Part shown: positions 27,265 to 36,924 of the stretch, piece by piece
How positions within the stretch are numbered: position 1 is the first letter of the stretch
How the letters are laid out: each line of letters opens with the position of its first letter
Assembly (NCBI GenBank): GCA_002688105.1
Contig: NZBQ01000016.1
Coordinates: 30,851-94,850, forward strand
DNA length: 64,000 nt
DNA from: Dehalococcoidales bacterium
GTDB lineage: Bacteria; Chloroflexota; Dehalococcoidia; Dehalococcoidales; GCA-2688105
Direction: 5' to 3'
Notes under the pieces: model-generated
Database searches by the model: none
Seen by the model: only the letters and a program-made list of their open reading frames with translations
What the model was told of the DNA's origin: nothing
Position numbers and translations under genes: made by a program

Positions 27265-27283
27265 ATCCCCGCCGGGGATTTTT
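27265..27283 (+). terminator. Small hairpin plus T-run after the tRNA-Lys-like segment
   Basis: ATCCCC-GCC-GGGGAT followed by TTTT. Confidence 0.4.
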
Positions 27284-27287
27284 CAAT

Positions 27288-27332
27288 AAAATCAGGGTGT
27301 CAAGACACTAGGTCAACCGACACCCTGATTTT
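27288..27332. repeat. Perfect 14-bp inverted repeat (AAAATCAGGGTGTC / GACACCCTGATTTT) with a 17-nt loop
   Basis: Read directly from the sequence. The arms carry the AATCAGGGTGTC motif that also occurs in the tRNA-Lys-like segment. It could act as a bidirectional terminator. Confidence 0.6.
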
Positions 27333-27524
27333 ATTGTTTCGAGAAGTAAAAGTCAAAAGTACCTATACAGATTATTTTTGCTAAGAGGTTGTGTTCGTAG
27401 GACGGGGAGATTGAGTAGAGTCGAACTATACCTGAAACAAGGATGCTATGCTTTGTTTAGTCCGGTTCCAGTCTAACATTATAACTGGACTCCTTTTTGG
27501 GGGGCAGGTCATTTCCATCTAATA

Positions 27525-29318
27525 TTAGACAACTATGCTTAATAGCTCGTATCTATCCCCATCTAAAAGCACCAAGCCCTTGGTGCTAATCTTAAGTAAA
27601 GGCATGGTGCACATGGTCACGAACTCCAGGTTCGTCTGTGGTGCAATTAAAGTGCAACCCATTTCTCGCCACGCTTTCATTAGATTGTCCTGAGCCTTGA
27701 CCATCTCATCGAAAGGCAAGTCGGCCACCAGGCCATTCAACGGTGTTGGCAATGTTGCCACAAGCTTCCCCTGCCGAACAGCAGTAAAACCTCCATCCAT
27801 CTTAACTGTCTCGTTTGCCGCTACAGCCATATCTTCATCTGAAGCTCCGACGAGCACGATGTTCTCATTGAACACGTTTGCCGTCATCCCAATACACCCT
27901 TCACGAATATTGAAACCTTTGATAAAAGCCACACCGATCTCACCGGTTCCAAAGATTCTATCTATCATAGCAATCTTGTTAATCCCTTGGCTGGGGTCTG
28001 CCTGAATCTCACCGTTGACAACAGGTAGCGTCTCATGTGCCTCCAGTGCTTCCATTGTTCCATCTCGTGTGGTTATCACTCGTGCATTAACAGTTGGCCC
28101 AGCACCTGCTGGTGCCGGTACGCGGAAGTCCTCGGCTTTCAGAACACGGCTAATATTCATTGTTCCGTAGAGCCATTTTGGATACTCTGGTTGTTTTAAC
28201 TGTCTGGTAAGCTTACCATCCTCCACCCATACTTCTCCATTTGCAATAACCTTTGAGATTTGGAAATCAACCAGGTGTTCGACGAGCAGGATGTCGGCAT
28301 ACCTACCGGGCGCAATGATTCCCATGTCATGGTTAACTCGGAAGAACTCTGCCGGCTGTATCGTTGTCATCTGGATAGCCTTTATCGGATCCAATCCGTT
28401 CTTGATAGCTGTGCGTACTGAGTCGGCCAGATTACCACCTATGAGAGCGTCCGGGGTGAGTACATCGGTACATAGCACGCAGGTGCGCGAGGCGTGACCA
28501 CGCTGTGTGACCATTGGAAGAAGTTGCCGGGCATCATTGCACGCGCTGCCCTCTCGAACCACGATTTGCAGTCCAAGTTGAGTCTGGCGAATCGCCTCTT
28601 CAAGTAACACAACCTCGTGATTATTCAACGGGCCAGAAGCTATCCACCCATTCAAACCGCGTTCATCGTGCATCCAAGCGCCGTGGCCAGTGGGAACCTT
28701 ACCCTGGCGCAGACATTCCTCAAGTAACCGTAGGAGTCCTCGATCGCGACGCTCCCGCTGTAGTATCAGGTCGTAGCCAACCTCTTCAAGCCCTTTGGTT
28801 TCAGGCCAATTGAGAGCCTCAAACAAGTCTTCAATGGTTGGCACATTAGGTGATGGTGGGAAACCTAAGCAACGATTCTGGGAGTAACAGAGGGTGGGTA
28901 CAAGGAAGATCGGCTTTACCGGAGTCAGCAGCACTTCATCTAGAAAAAACCGAACAGCCTTGATGCCATTCACGATGGCATGTCCATAGAAACCATCTGC
29001 AAAAGCTGTAGTTCCATGCAAGAGCCTACAGGCAGCGAAGACCGTCGAATTGGTGTAGGTATGCCACTGGTGTGTGTGAGGGTCGACAAGACCCGGCACC
29101 AGAAACTGCCCCCCTGCATCTATAACCTTGGTTTTTGGACCAACCGTATACTCAATGTCTCCTAGTGCGGCGATACGAGAATCTTTGATAGCTATACCGT
29201 CAGTCTGGATGCCCCCTGTATGCACGTTAACTATCTGACCGTTAATAATCACTGTGTCTGCAGATTCATACCCCATAGCTACGTCTATGAGGGATTCACG
29301 CTCAAGCTTTACTGCCAT
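27525..29318 (-). CDS. Adenine-deaminase-family amidohydrolase (divergent)
   Basis: 597 aa with an Ade-like layout (GGQFLVPGLVDPHTH...LLHGTT) and an Ade-type C-terminal domain. The motif after HxH is QWH rather than the IES I recall in Ade. Confidence 0.55.
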   Translation of the reverse strand: MAVKLERESLIDVAMGYESADTVIINGQIVNVHTGGIQTDGIAIKDSRIAALGDIEYTVGPKTKVIDAGGQFLVPGLVDPHTHQWHTYTNSTVFAACRLLHGTTAFADGFYGHAIVNGIKAVRFFLDEVLLTPVKPIFLVPTLCYSQNRCLGFPPSPNVPTIEDLFEALNWPETKGLEEVGYDLILQRERRDRGLLRLLEECLRQGKVPTGHGAWMHDERGLNGWIASGPLNNHEVVLLEEAIRQTQLGLQIVVREGSACNDARQLLPMVTQRGHASRTCVLCTDVLTPDALIGGNLADSVRTAIKNGLDPIKAIQMTTIQPAEFFRVNHDMGIIAPGRYADILLVEHLVDFQISKVIANGEVWVEDGKLTRQLKQPEYPKWLYGTMNISRVLKAEDFRVPAPAGAGPTVNARVITTRDGTMEALEAHETLPVVNGEIQADPSQGINKIAMIDRIFGTGEIGVAFIKGFNIREGCIGMTANVFNENIVLVGASDEDMAVAANETVKMDGGFTAVRQGKLVATLPTPLNGLVADLPFDEMVKAQDNLMKAWREMGCTLIAPQTNLEFVTMCTMPLLKISTKGLVLLDGDRYELLSIVV

Positions 29319-29770
29319 TTCTCACCTCCATTTCGTTTAGTTTTTGTAATTTCTACTATAGTAGGTGCCATATTACACCATAGTGTGCATCGTCAGCAAT
29401 ATTGGCACAACTCAGCAATCGGCAGTATAAGTAGTTGGGCGGTCTTTGTCAAGGGGTCCAAGTTTATTGAACATTCAGCCAGAATGTGTAGCATGAAAAA
29501 GGTTCAGACATCGTCAATTAATGAAGATAAAAAGGTGCGCTAAATTCCACGCCTGAAGGCTAGTCGTGAAACTCTGAGATAAAAAAGGAAATATTCTTAC
29601 TTTGCATAAGTTATCTCCTCAACTATTTGACTTTCTTCCTTTAAGCATTTCGCTTGGTTAGATAGTCCCTCATCTTTTGCCCCACCGGGGATGACTCAGC
29701 CAACTTTAGCAGTTTATTTAAGTCCTCGTCTTGGTCAAGACTTACCACCGATACCTCCCCAAGCATTATC

Positions 29771-30718
29771 TCACCACTCCTTCCTCTTTATCACCTCACG
29801 AACCGCCTGCTCAATGTCCTTAGCCGTGAGGCCGTATCTCTGTAGAAGTTCAGCGGGCTTGCCTGATTGGGCATAGGTATCTTTAATCGCTACCATCTCC
29901 ATCGGCACCGGACGGTGTCTGGCTACCACTCGGGCAATGATACTCCCCAGTCCGCCATGCTCCAGGTGCTCCTCAGCGGTAACAATAGCCCCGGTCTCAG
30001 TGGCTGCCTTAATAACGGACACCTCGTCAACAGGTTTGAGGGTAGGCATATTCAATACGCGGCAGTCTATACCTTCCCTCGCCAGGTTATTAGCGGCTTC
30101 AACGGCAGCGGTTACCATAGTACCAATAGCCATAATAGTTGCCCTTTTCCCCGACCTCATGGTTACCGCCTTACCCAGATTAAAGCGGTAATCCTCATTA
30201 TAGACCAGCGGTAATTTAGGACGGGGTAGCCTGATGTAGAATGGCCCCCGGGTGGCAGCCGCCACTCTTACTGCCTGAGCGGTCTCAATGGCATCAGCCG
30301 GAACGATAACAGTAAAACCAGGTAGTGAACCAACCAGGGACAGGTCTTCAATGGACTGATGTGAGGCACCATCCTCGCCAACACTGATACCACAGTGAGT
30401 AGCCACCAGCTTAACATTAAACCCCGGCTGAGCGATAGACATACGAATCTGGTCAAAACAGCGACCGAGCACGAAGACGGCAAAGGTGCTGGCAAAGGGT
30501 ATTTTGCCTGAAGCGGCTAGCCCGGCAGCAATGCCCACCATATTCTGCTCAGCGATACCACAGTCAAAGAAGCGATTGGGAAACTCTCTGGCGAAGAAAC
30601 AGGTCATCGTTGACCGTGACAGGTCGGCATCCAGCACCACAATATCCGAATTCTCCTTACCCAGTTCAACCAGGGTTTTGCCATAGGTTTCCCTCAGGGA
30701 AACTTCCTGCCCGGGCAT
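29771..30718 (-). CDS. Transketolase, C-terminal (pyrimidine-binding) subunit
   Basis: FFDCGIAEQNMVGIAAGLA and SHQSIEDL motifs, 315 aa. Confidence 0.9.
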   Translation of the reverse strand: MPGQEVSLRETYGKTLVELGKENSDIVVLDADLSRSTMTCFFAREFPNRFFDCGIAEQNMVGIAAGLAASGKIPFASTFAVFVLGRCFDQIRMSIAQPGFNVKLVATHCGISVGEDGASHQSIEDLSLVGSLPGFTVIVPADAIETAQAVRVAAATRGPFYIRLPRPKLPLVYNEDYRFNLGKAVTMRSGKRATIMAIGTMVTAAVEAANNLAREGIDCRVLNMPTLKPVDEVSVIKAATETGAIVTAEEHLEHGGLGSIIARVVARHRPVPMEMVAIKDTYAQSGKPAELLQRYGLTAKDIEQAVREVIKRKEW

Positions 30719-30720
30719 GG

Positions 30721-31659
30721 CTACTCCAGCTCCTTCAGGGCTATTTCTACTTCCTCAGCATTGGGAGCCTTACCGTGAAAATCGGGATTATTCTCCATAA
30801 AGCTGACCCCTTTGCCCTTGATAGTATGGGCGATGATGGCCACCGGTTGCCCCTTAACCAGTTTTGCCCGGTCAAAGGCTTGAGTAAGCTGGGCAAGGTC
30901 GTGACCATCAACCTCAATAACCCGCCAGCCAAAAGCCTGCCATTTCTTAGCAAAGGGTTCAAGATTCATTACCTCACGGTTCCAGCCATCAATCTGCTGT
31001 CCGTTGTTATCAACAATTACCACCAAGTTATCCAGCTTAAAGTGAGCGGCGGCCATAGCCCCCTCCCACACCTGCCCCTCATCACACTCACCATCACCCA
31101 GTAGCACATATACCCTATACTTTCGCGAGTCGAGCCGACCGGCCAGGGCAGCGCCGATAGCAAAAGATAATCCCTGCCCCAGAGTACCGGCGGTCATCTC
31201 CACTCCCGGGGTAAGCAAACAGTCAGTGTGACCCTGAAGACGAGTATTGAATCGTCTTAATGAGGTTAGCTCATCTACCGGGAAATACCCACACTCAGCC
31301 AGAGTGGCATAAAGCAGGGGAGCAGCGTGCCCCTTACTGAGAATGAACCTGTCCCGGTCTGACCAACAGGAATCTGACGGTTTATGCTTAAGTACCCAGA
31401 AATAAAGGGCGGTAACAATCTCCACGGCTGATAAGGAGCCGCCGGGGTGACCACTACCTGCCCTGCCTGTCATCGAAATAATATGGCGGCGTAGCCTCTT
31501 AGCTATAGCCTCCATTTCCTTCACTGACAATTTTCTAGTTTCGGCTACTGGTGACGAAAAAGCCTCGGCGCTCACATTATCTGCCGAGGCTTTTGGTAAT
31601 GAATTTCCCATTTCAGATAGCAACATCAATACTCCTGTATCTAGTTGATTATACAACAA
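30721..31659 (-). CDS. Transketolase, N-terminal (TPP-binding) subunit
   Basis: GSGHPGGSLS and GDGECDEGQVWEA motifs. The true start is probably an internal Met, because the N-terminal ~40 aa look like read-through. Confidence 0.9.
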   Translation of the reverse strand: MLYNQLDTGVLMLLSEMGNSLPKASADNVSAEAFSSPVAETRKLSVKEMEAIAKRLRRHIISMTGRAGSGHPGGSLSAVEIVTALYFWVLKHKPSDSCWSDRDRFILSKGHAAPLLYATLAECGYFPVDELTSLRRFNTRLQGHTDCLLTPGVEMTAGTLGQGLSFAIGAALAGRLDSRKYRVYVLLGDGECDEGQVWEGAMAAAHFKLDNLVVIVDNNGQQIDGWNREVMNLEPFAKKWQAFGWRVIEVDGHDLAQLTQAFDRAKLVKGQPVAIIAHTIKGKGVSFMENNPDFHGKAPNAEEVEIALKELE

Positions 31660-31761
31660 CTGAGATAATCAAGTCTATAAATAGTCTATCCGCCATACCG
31701 AATTGATTTTCCCATCCATCTCTGCTTAAATATGTAGTGTCTAGTAAGGAGAAGAAGACAA

Positions 31762-32427
31762 ATGACAGACCTAACATTACAAGTTACCAAAAGAGATATA
31801 TTGGGTAAGAAGGTAAGGTTTTTACGCCGTCAGGACATCACCCCCGCCCACCTCTTCGGACACGGTCTTGAGTCACTATCACTACAATGTGACACTGATG
31901 AACTTCAGCGTATTATCGCCCAGGCGGGAACGACCAGGCTCATCAACCTCAAGATTGACGCCGACAAGCAACCAAGGAGCGTATTCATCCGGGAAATTCA
32001 AAGGGAAATCGTAAAAGGACAATTGCTCCATGTCGACTTCTACCAAGTACGAAAGACGGAAAAGATAAAGGCGGATATTCCCATTGTCCTGGTTGGTGAA
32101 GCCCCCGCCATGAGTTTAAAGGGACGTATACTAACCCATACTCTCAACAGTCTGAGCATCGAGTGTCTGCCGGATAAGCTGCCGCCTCAGATAGAGGTTG
32201 ACCTGAGTCCTCTGGAAGAGCTAGAGCAGGCAATACATGTCAGGGACATCACCCTTAGCCCGGATATTACCGTCTTTACCGACCCTGACCAGGTAGTGGC
32301 TAAGGTTAGTGAAGCCCGGGTTATAGAGGAGGTAGTAGCTGAGGTTGAGGTGGAAGCCGAAGAGGAAGTTGAGGCAACAGCCAAGGAGGAAGCTGCTGAA
32401 GAGCCAGAACAGCAGCCACAGCCGTGA
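31762..32427 (+). CDS. rplY: Ribosomal protein L25 / general stress protein Ctc with an acidic tail
   Basis: The R..GK...R..R..G..PA..YG pattern, followed by a Glu/Ala-rich C-terminus. Confidence 0.85.
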   Translation: MTDLTLQVTKRDILGKKVRFLRRQDITPAHLFGHGLESLSLQCDTDELQRIIAQAGTTRLINLKIDADKQPRSVFIREIQREIVKGQLLHVDFYQVRKTEKIKADIPIVLVGEAPAMSLKGRILTHTLNSLSIECLPDKLPPQIEVDLSPLEELEQAIHVRDITLSPDITVFTDPDQVVAKVSEARVIEEVVAEVEVEAEEEVEATAKEEAAEEPEQQPQP

Positions 32428-32444
32428 TAAAAGGCTGATGTGCA

Positions 32445-33299
32445 ATGATTATTGATTTTCACACCCATGTGTTTCCACCACAGATAAAGAAAAACCGCAG
32501 TAAGTATGTTGGTGATGACCCCTGCTTCGCTATCATCTACTCCGACCCCAAAGCCAAACTGGCTACTGCCGACGAACTCATTACCAGCATGGATGAAGAT
32601 GGCGTTGATATCTCGGTCCTTGTTAATCATGGGTGGACCACACACGAGCTATGTGTTGAAACCAATGACTATATCTTAGAGTCAATAGCCCGCTACCCCA
32701 ACCGTCTGATAGGCTTTTGCAGTGTCCAGCCAAACTCCTATGAAGCCGCCATAGCTGAGATAGAGCGCTGCGCCAAAGGCGGGGCAAGAGGAGTTGGTGA
32801 GATGAGGCCGGATATGCAATTATTCGACCTCCGGGATGAGGTGATAATGAAGCCCCTGGCTGAGGTAATAGCCAAGCACAAGCTACTTCTACTCACCCAC
32901 GCTTCGGAGCCAGTAGGTCATGAATATAGGGGCAAGGGAAGTATTACTCCAGATATGCTTTACCCCCTCATTACCAGCTTCCCTGATTTAACCATAGTCT
33001 GTGCCCATTGGGGGGGTGGTTTACCCTTCTATGCGCTAATGCCTGAGGTAAAACAGGCAATGACCAATGTCTTTTTTGATACCGCAGCCTCACCTCTGCT
33101 ATATAGCCCTGAGGTATATAATCAGGTTATCCAGCTCGTCGGTGCTGACAAGATTCTCTTCGGCAGTGACTATCCCTTGCTGACACCGGGACGACTGCTC
33201 AAAGAGATCGGTTCTCTGAATTTGGCTGAGGCAACCAAGAGCCTGATTCTATCTGATAACGCCCGGAGGCTGCTGGGTATTAAAGGTGAGCCGGGTTGA
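32445..33299 (+). CDS. Amidohydrolase-2 family metal-dependent hydrolase
   Basis: MIIDFHTHVFPP start and a TIM-barrel hydrolase pattern (HWGGG, GSDYP). Confidence 0.7.
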   Translation: MIIDFHTHVFPPQIKKNRSKYVGDDPCFAIIYSDPKAKLATADELITSMDEDGVDISVLVNHGWTTHELCVETNDYILESIARYPNRLIGFCSVQPNSYEAAIAEIERCAKGGARGVGEMRPDMQLFDLRDEVIMKPLAEVIAKHKLLLLTHASEPVGHEYRGKGSITPDMLYPLITSFPDLTIVCAHWGGGLPFYALMPEVKQAMTNVFFDTAASPLLYSPEVYNQVIQLVGADKILFGSDYPLLTPGRLLKEIGSLNLAEATKSLILSDNARRLLGIKGEPG

Positions 33300-33302
33300 G
33301 CT

Positions 33303-33905
33303 ATGGAGCAAGCTCGCTCTTTTATTGCCATTGAACTACCAGATGAGTTAAAAACAGGGCTTTCCCGGTTACAAGCTCAGCTGAAAACGGTCAATATGCC
33401 TTGGGTGAAGTGGGTTAATCCGGATAGTATTCACCTGACACTAAAGTTCCTGGGCAATGTAGCCATAGATAGGACCGATGAAATAACCGGGGCAATAGAG
33501 ACGGCTACCCGGGGAATATCCCCCTTCGTCCTACAGGTCAAGACCCCGGGTGTTTTCCCCAACTTGAGGCGGGTCCAAGTAGTCTGGGTGGGGATAGGCG
33601 GAGAGGTAGATAAGCTAAACCGGCTTCAGCAACAAATTGAGTCTAATCTAGCTCAGTTGGGTTTTGCCCCTGAGTCACGCTCATTTACACCCCACCTGAC
33701 CCTGGCTCGACTGAGCGACCGGGCATCACCAGACGAACGACAGAGATTTGGACAGCTTATTGCCGACACCAGATTTGAAGAAGCTTATACCGTTAAAGTG
33801 GGCGCTATCAACTTAATGAAAAGTCAGCTAACCAGAGAAGGCGCCATTCACCGTCGAATTAGCTCAGTAGAACTAAAGAAGCCCTTGTCAACAGCCACCA
33901 GTTAG
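33303..33905 (+). CDS. thpR: RNA 2',3'-cyclic phosphodiesterase (2'-5' RNA ligase family)
   Basis: Two HxT motifs: IHLTLKFLG and PHLTLARL. Confidence 0.85.
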   Translation: MEQARSFIAIELPDELKTGLSRLQAQLKTVNMPWVKWVNPDSIHLTLKFLGNVAIDRTDEITGAIETATRGISPFVLQVKTPGVFPNLRRVQVVWVGIGGEVDKLNRLQQQIESNLAQLGFAPESRSFTPHLTLARLSDRASPDERQRFGQLIADTRFEEAYTVKVGAINLMKSQLTREGAIHRRISSVELKKPLSTATS

Positions 33906-34162
33906 TGTATACTACAAATGATTCAAATTCGGTTGGGAGGTGGAACTCCGTGGAACAATGCTGTTTTCCCAAATGCCTGAAGTGCAACACTGGCGACTTA
34001 GTGCCCCTATCTGATTTTGGCAGTCAAGGGGCAGATATTCTTTACAAAGCGTGGGTTTGCACCAATCCTGATTGCGGTTTTAACCTGAAAATCAGGAATG
34101 GTGATGTCTATCTTAACGAACCCATTTTGAGCGGGACGTCCCCAGGTGGCCGCTCCCGCTAA
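33905..34162 (+). CDS. Hypothetical zinc-ribbon protein
   Basis: CLKC....CTNPDC. A more likely start is GTG 33949, after a GGGAGG RBS. Confidence 0.4.
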   Translation: MYTTNDSNSVGRWNSVEQCCFPKCLKCNTGDLVPLSDFGSQGADILYKAWVCTNPDCGFNLKIRNGDVYLNEPILSGTSPGGRSR

Positions 34163-34189
34163 ATAGCGGTTTACCCTGAAGCTTCTAGA

Positions 34190-34459
34190 TTGCAGGGGAT
34201 GAATGTGCTTCCTCAAGTAGCCAAACTCAATGGGATAGCACTTGACCTTTTGTTTCCCCGGCGGTGTGTAGGCTGCGGAAAGGAGGAGAATTTTATCTGC
34301 TCCTCCTGCCGTCGCTCGCTATCTCGGATTATGCCCCCGCTCTGTCCCCACTGCGGCAAACCCCGGCCCGGCGGCATACTGTGCCCTGGCTGTGTTAGCT
34401 GGCAGGCGGAGATAGGCGACATTCGCTCCCCATTTCGATTTGACGGAGTTTCGTTATAG
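34190..34459 (+). pseudogene. comF: ComF-family protein, N-terminal zinc-finger part only (phosphoribosyltransferase domain missing)
   Basis: LDLLFPRRCVGCG...CSSC...LCPHCG...CPGC...RSPFRFDG is the ComFC N-terminus. The reading frame stops 22 nt before an IS end. Confidence 0.65.
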
Positions 34460-34481
34460 CGAATAGGTAAAGCCCCCACGA

Positions 34482-34680
34482 TGACGTCAGATGTCAATAG
34501 TGGACACGAAACCTTTCATGCTGCCAGTAAACCTGCATAGTATCTCTGCTCATAGGCCACAGGTGATAGGAAACCAAGTCTTGGCTGCAAGCGCTGCCGA
34601 TTATAGAATATCTCAATATACTCTGTGATGTCTCGTATCGCCTACTGCCTGGTTCTATACCGGCGGTGGTAAGCTGTCAA
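34482..34680 (-). mobile_element. IS3-family remnant: terminal inverted repeat plus the last ~50 codons of the transposase
   Basis: The minus-strand translation is ..TRQ*AIRDITEYIEIFYNRQRLQPRLGFLSPVAYEQ.., an rve-type C-terminus with an internal stop. The terminus TGACGTCAGATGTCAATAGTGGACACG resembles the IS3 IR (TGA-N11-AATAGTGGACAC). Confidence 0.65.
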
Positions 34681-34824
34681 AAAGGCAACTGCTTATCCAG
34701 CATAAATAGAGCTATTATAAAAGCAAAAGAGTATTCCATAGAGAATATAAGGGTAATAAGGATAATTTGGATACTAAAATGCTCCTTAACTGCTGACATT
34801 GGCGGTAAATAATTATTGATTGAG

Positions 34825-34853
34825 TTGCGAGATAGGCTAACCTGCGCTATTAT
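34825..34853 (+). promoter_or_regulatory. groESL promoter
   Basis: TTGCGA, a 17-nt spacer, then TATTAT, lying 8 nt upstream of CIRCE. Confidence 0.55.
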
Positions 34854-34860
34854 GTAGTAG

Positions 34861-34887
34861 TTAGCACTCTCAGGGGGAGAGTGCTAA
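34861..34887 (+). promoter_or_regulatory. CIRCE operator (HrcA binding site)
   Basis: TTAGCACTC-N9-GAGTGCTAA is a perfect match to the consensus. Confidence 0.92.
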
Positions 34888-34929
34888 TACATTGAACCTG
34901 CGTCAATTGAACTGGAAAGGAGGACTGAT

Positions 34930-35226
34930 ATGGCGCTTAAGATTCAACCCCTGGCAGACCGCTTAGTAGTCAAGCCCATTGAAAGGGAGGAGGTAACCAA
35001 GGGAGGCATTGTTCTGCCCGATACCGTCAAGGAGAAACCCCAGGAGGGCAAGGTCCTGGCGGCTGGTCCGGGCAGGCTGTCTGAAGACGGGAAACGGATA
35101 GCTATGGATGTTAAAGTGGGTGATATAGTGATTTACGCTAAGTATGGAGGCTCCGAAATTAAGATTGATGATGAGGAGCTGATAATTCTGCGTGAGAGCG
35201 ACATTTTGGCAAAGAAAACTAAATAA
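34930..35226 (+). CDS. groES: Co-chaperonin GroES
   Basis: 98 aa, [30 protein letters not shown]. Confidence 0.95.
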   Translation: MALKIQPLADRLVVKPIEREEVTKGGIVLPDTVKEKPQEGKVLAAGPGRLSEDGKRIAMDVKVGDIVIYAKYGGSEIKIDDEELIILRESDILAKKTK

Positions 35227-35239
35227 CAAGTCAGGTTAG

Positions 35240-36901
<1,662 letters not shown>

Positions 36902-36924
36902 CCTCTCACACTGGTATGGTGGCT

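Larger units (their letters stand above)
26901..27511. mobile_element. 611-bp non-coding relic bounded by imperfect ~45-bp inverted terminal repeats (IS/MITE-like)
   Basis: The left end is TGACCTGACCCCAGTAATCAGTCCATCTTTAAAGTTAGTCC. The reverse complement of the right end is TGACCTGCCCCCCAAAAAGGAGTCCAGTTATAATGTTAGAC. The same terminal sequence recurs at 43518 and 54265. There is no transposase ORF inside. Confidence 0.45.

Noticed and set aside
27060-27283. tmRNA (ssrA)
   Set aside because: The region has a tRNA-like 3' end, but it keeps a normal anticodon arm. It has no 5' acceptor partner and no plausible tag reading frame or pseudoknot series. It is also far too short.
29319-29420. Purine or preQ1 riboswitch upstream of the adenine-deaminase-like gene
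   Set aside because: On the minus strand, TATGGTGTAATATGGCACC and ACAAAAACTAA superficially recall the purine and preQ1-I motifs. However, no three-way junction or P1 helix of the right size can be drawn, and CTACTATAGTAG is a loop-less palindrome.
29319-29770. Hidden gene in the 450-bp spacer between the deaminase-like gene and transketolase
   Set aside because: Only very short ORFs (10-15 codons) are present on either strand, and none has recognisable similarity. The ORF-track entry 29220-29543 overlaps the deaminase start and is low-complexity.
29771-31659. Transketolase split by a frameshift (pseudogene)
   Set aside because: The two ORFs correspond cleanly to the N- and C-terminal halves, with a 2-nt gap and intact motifs. 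Two-subunit transketolases are a known natural form.
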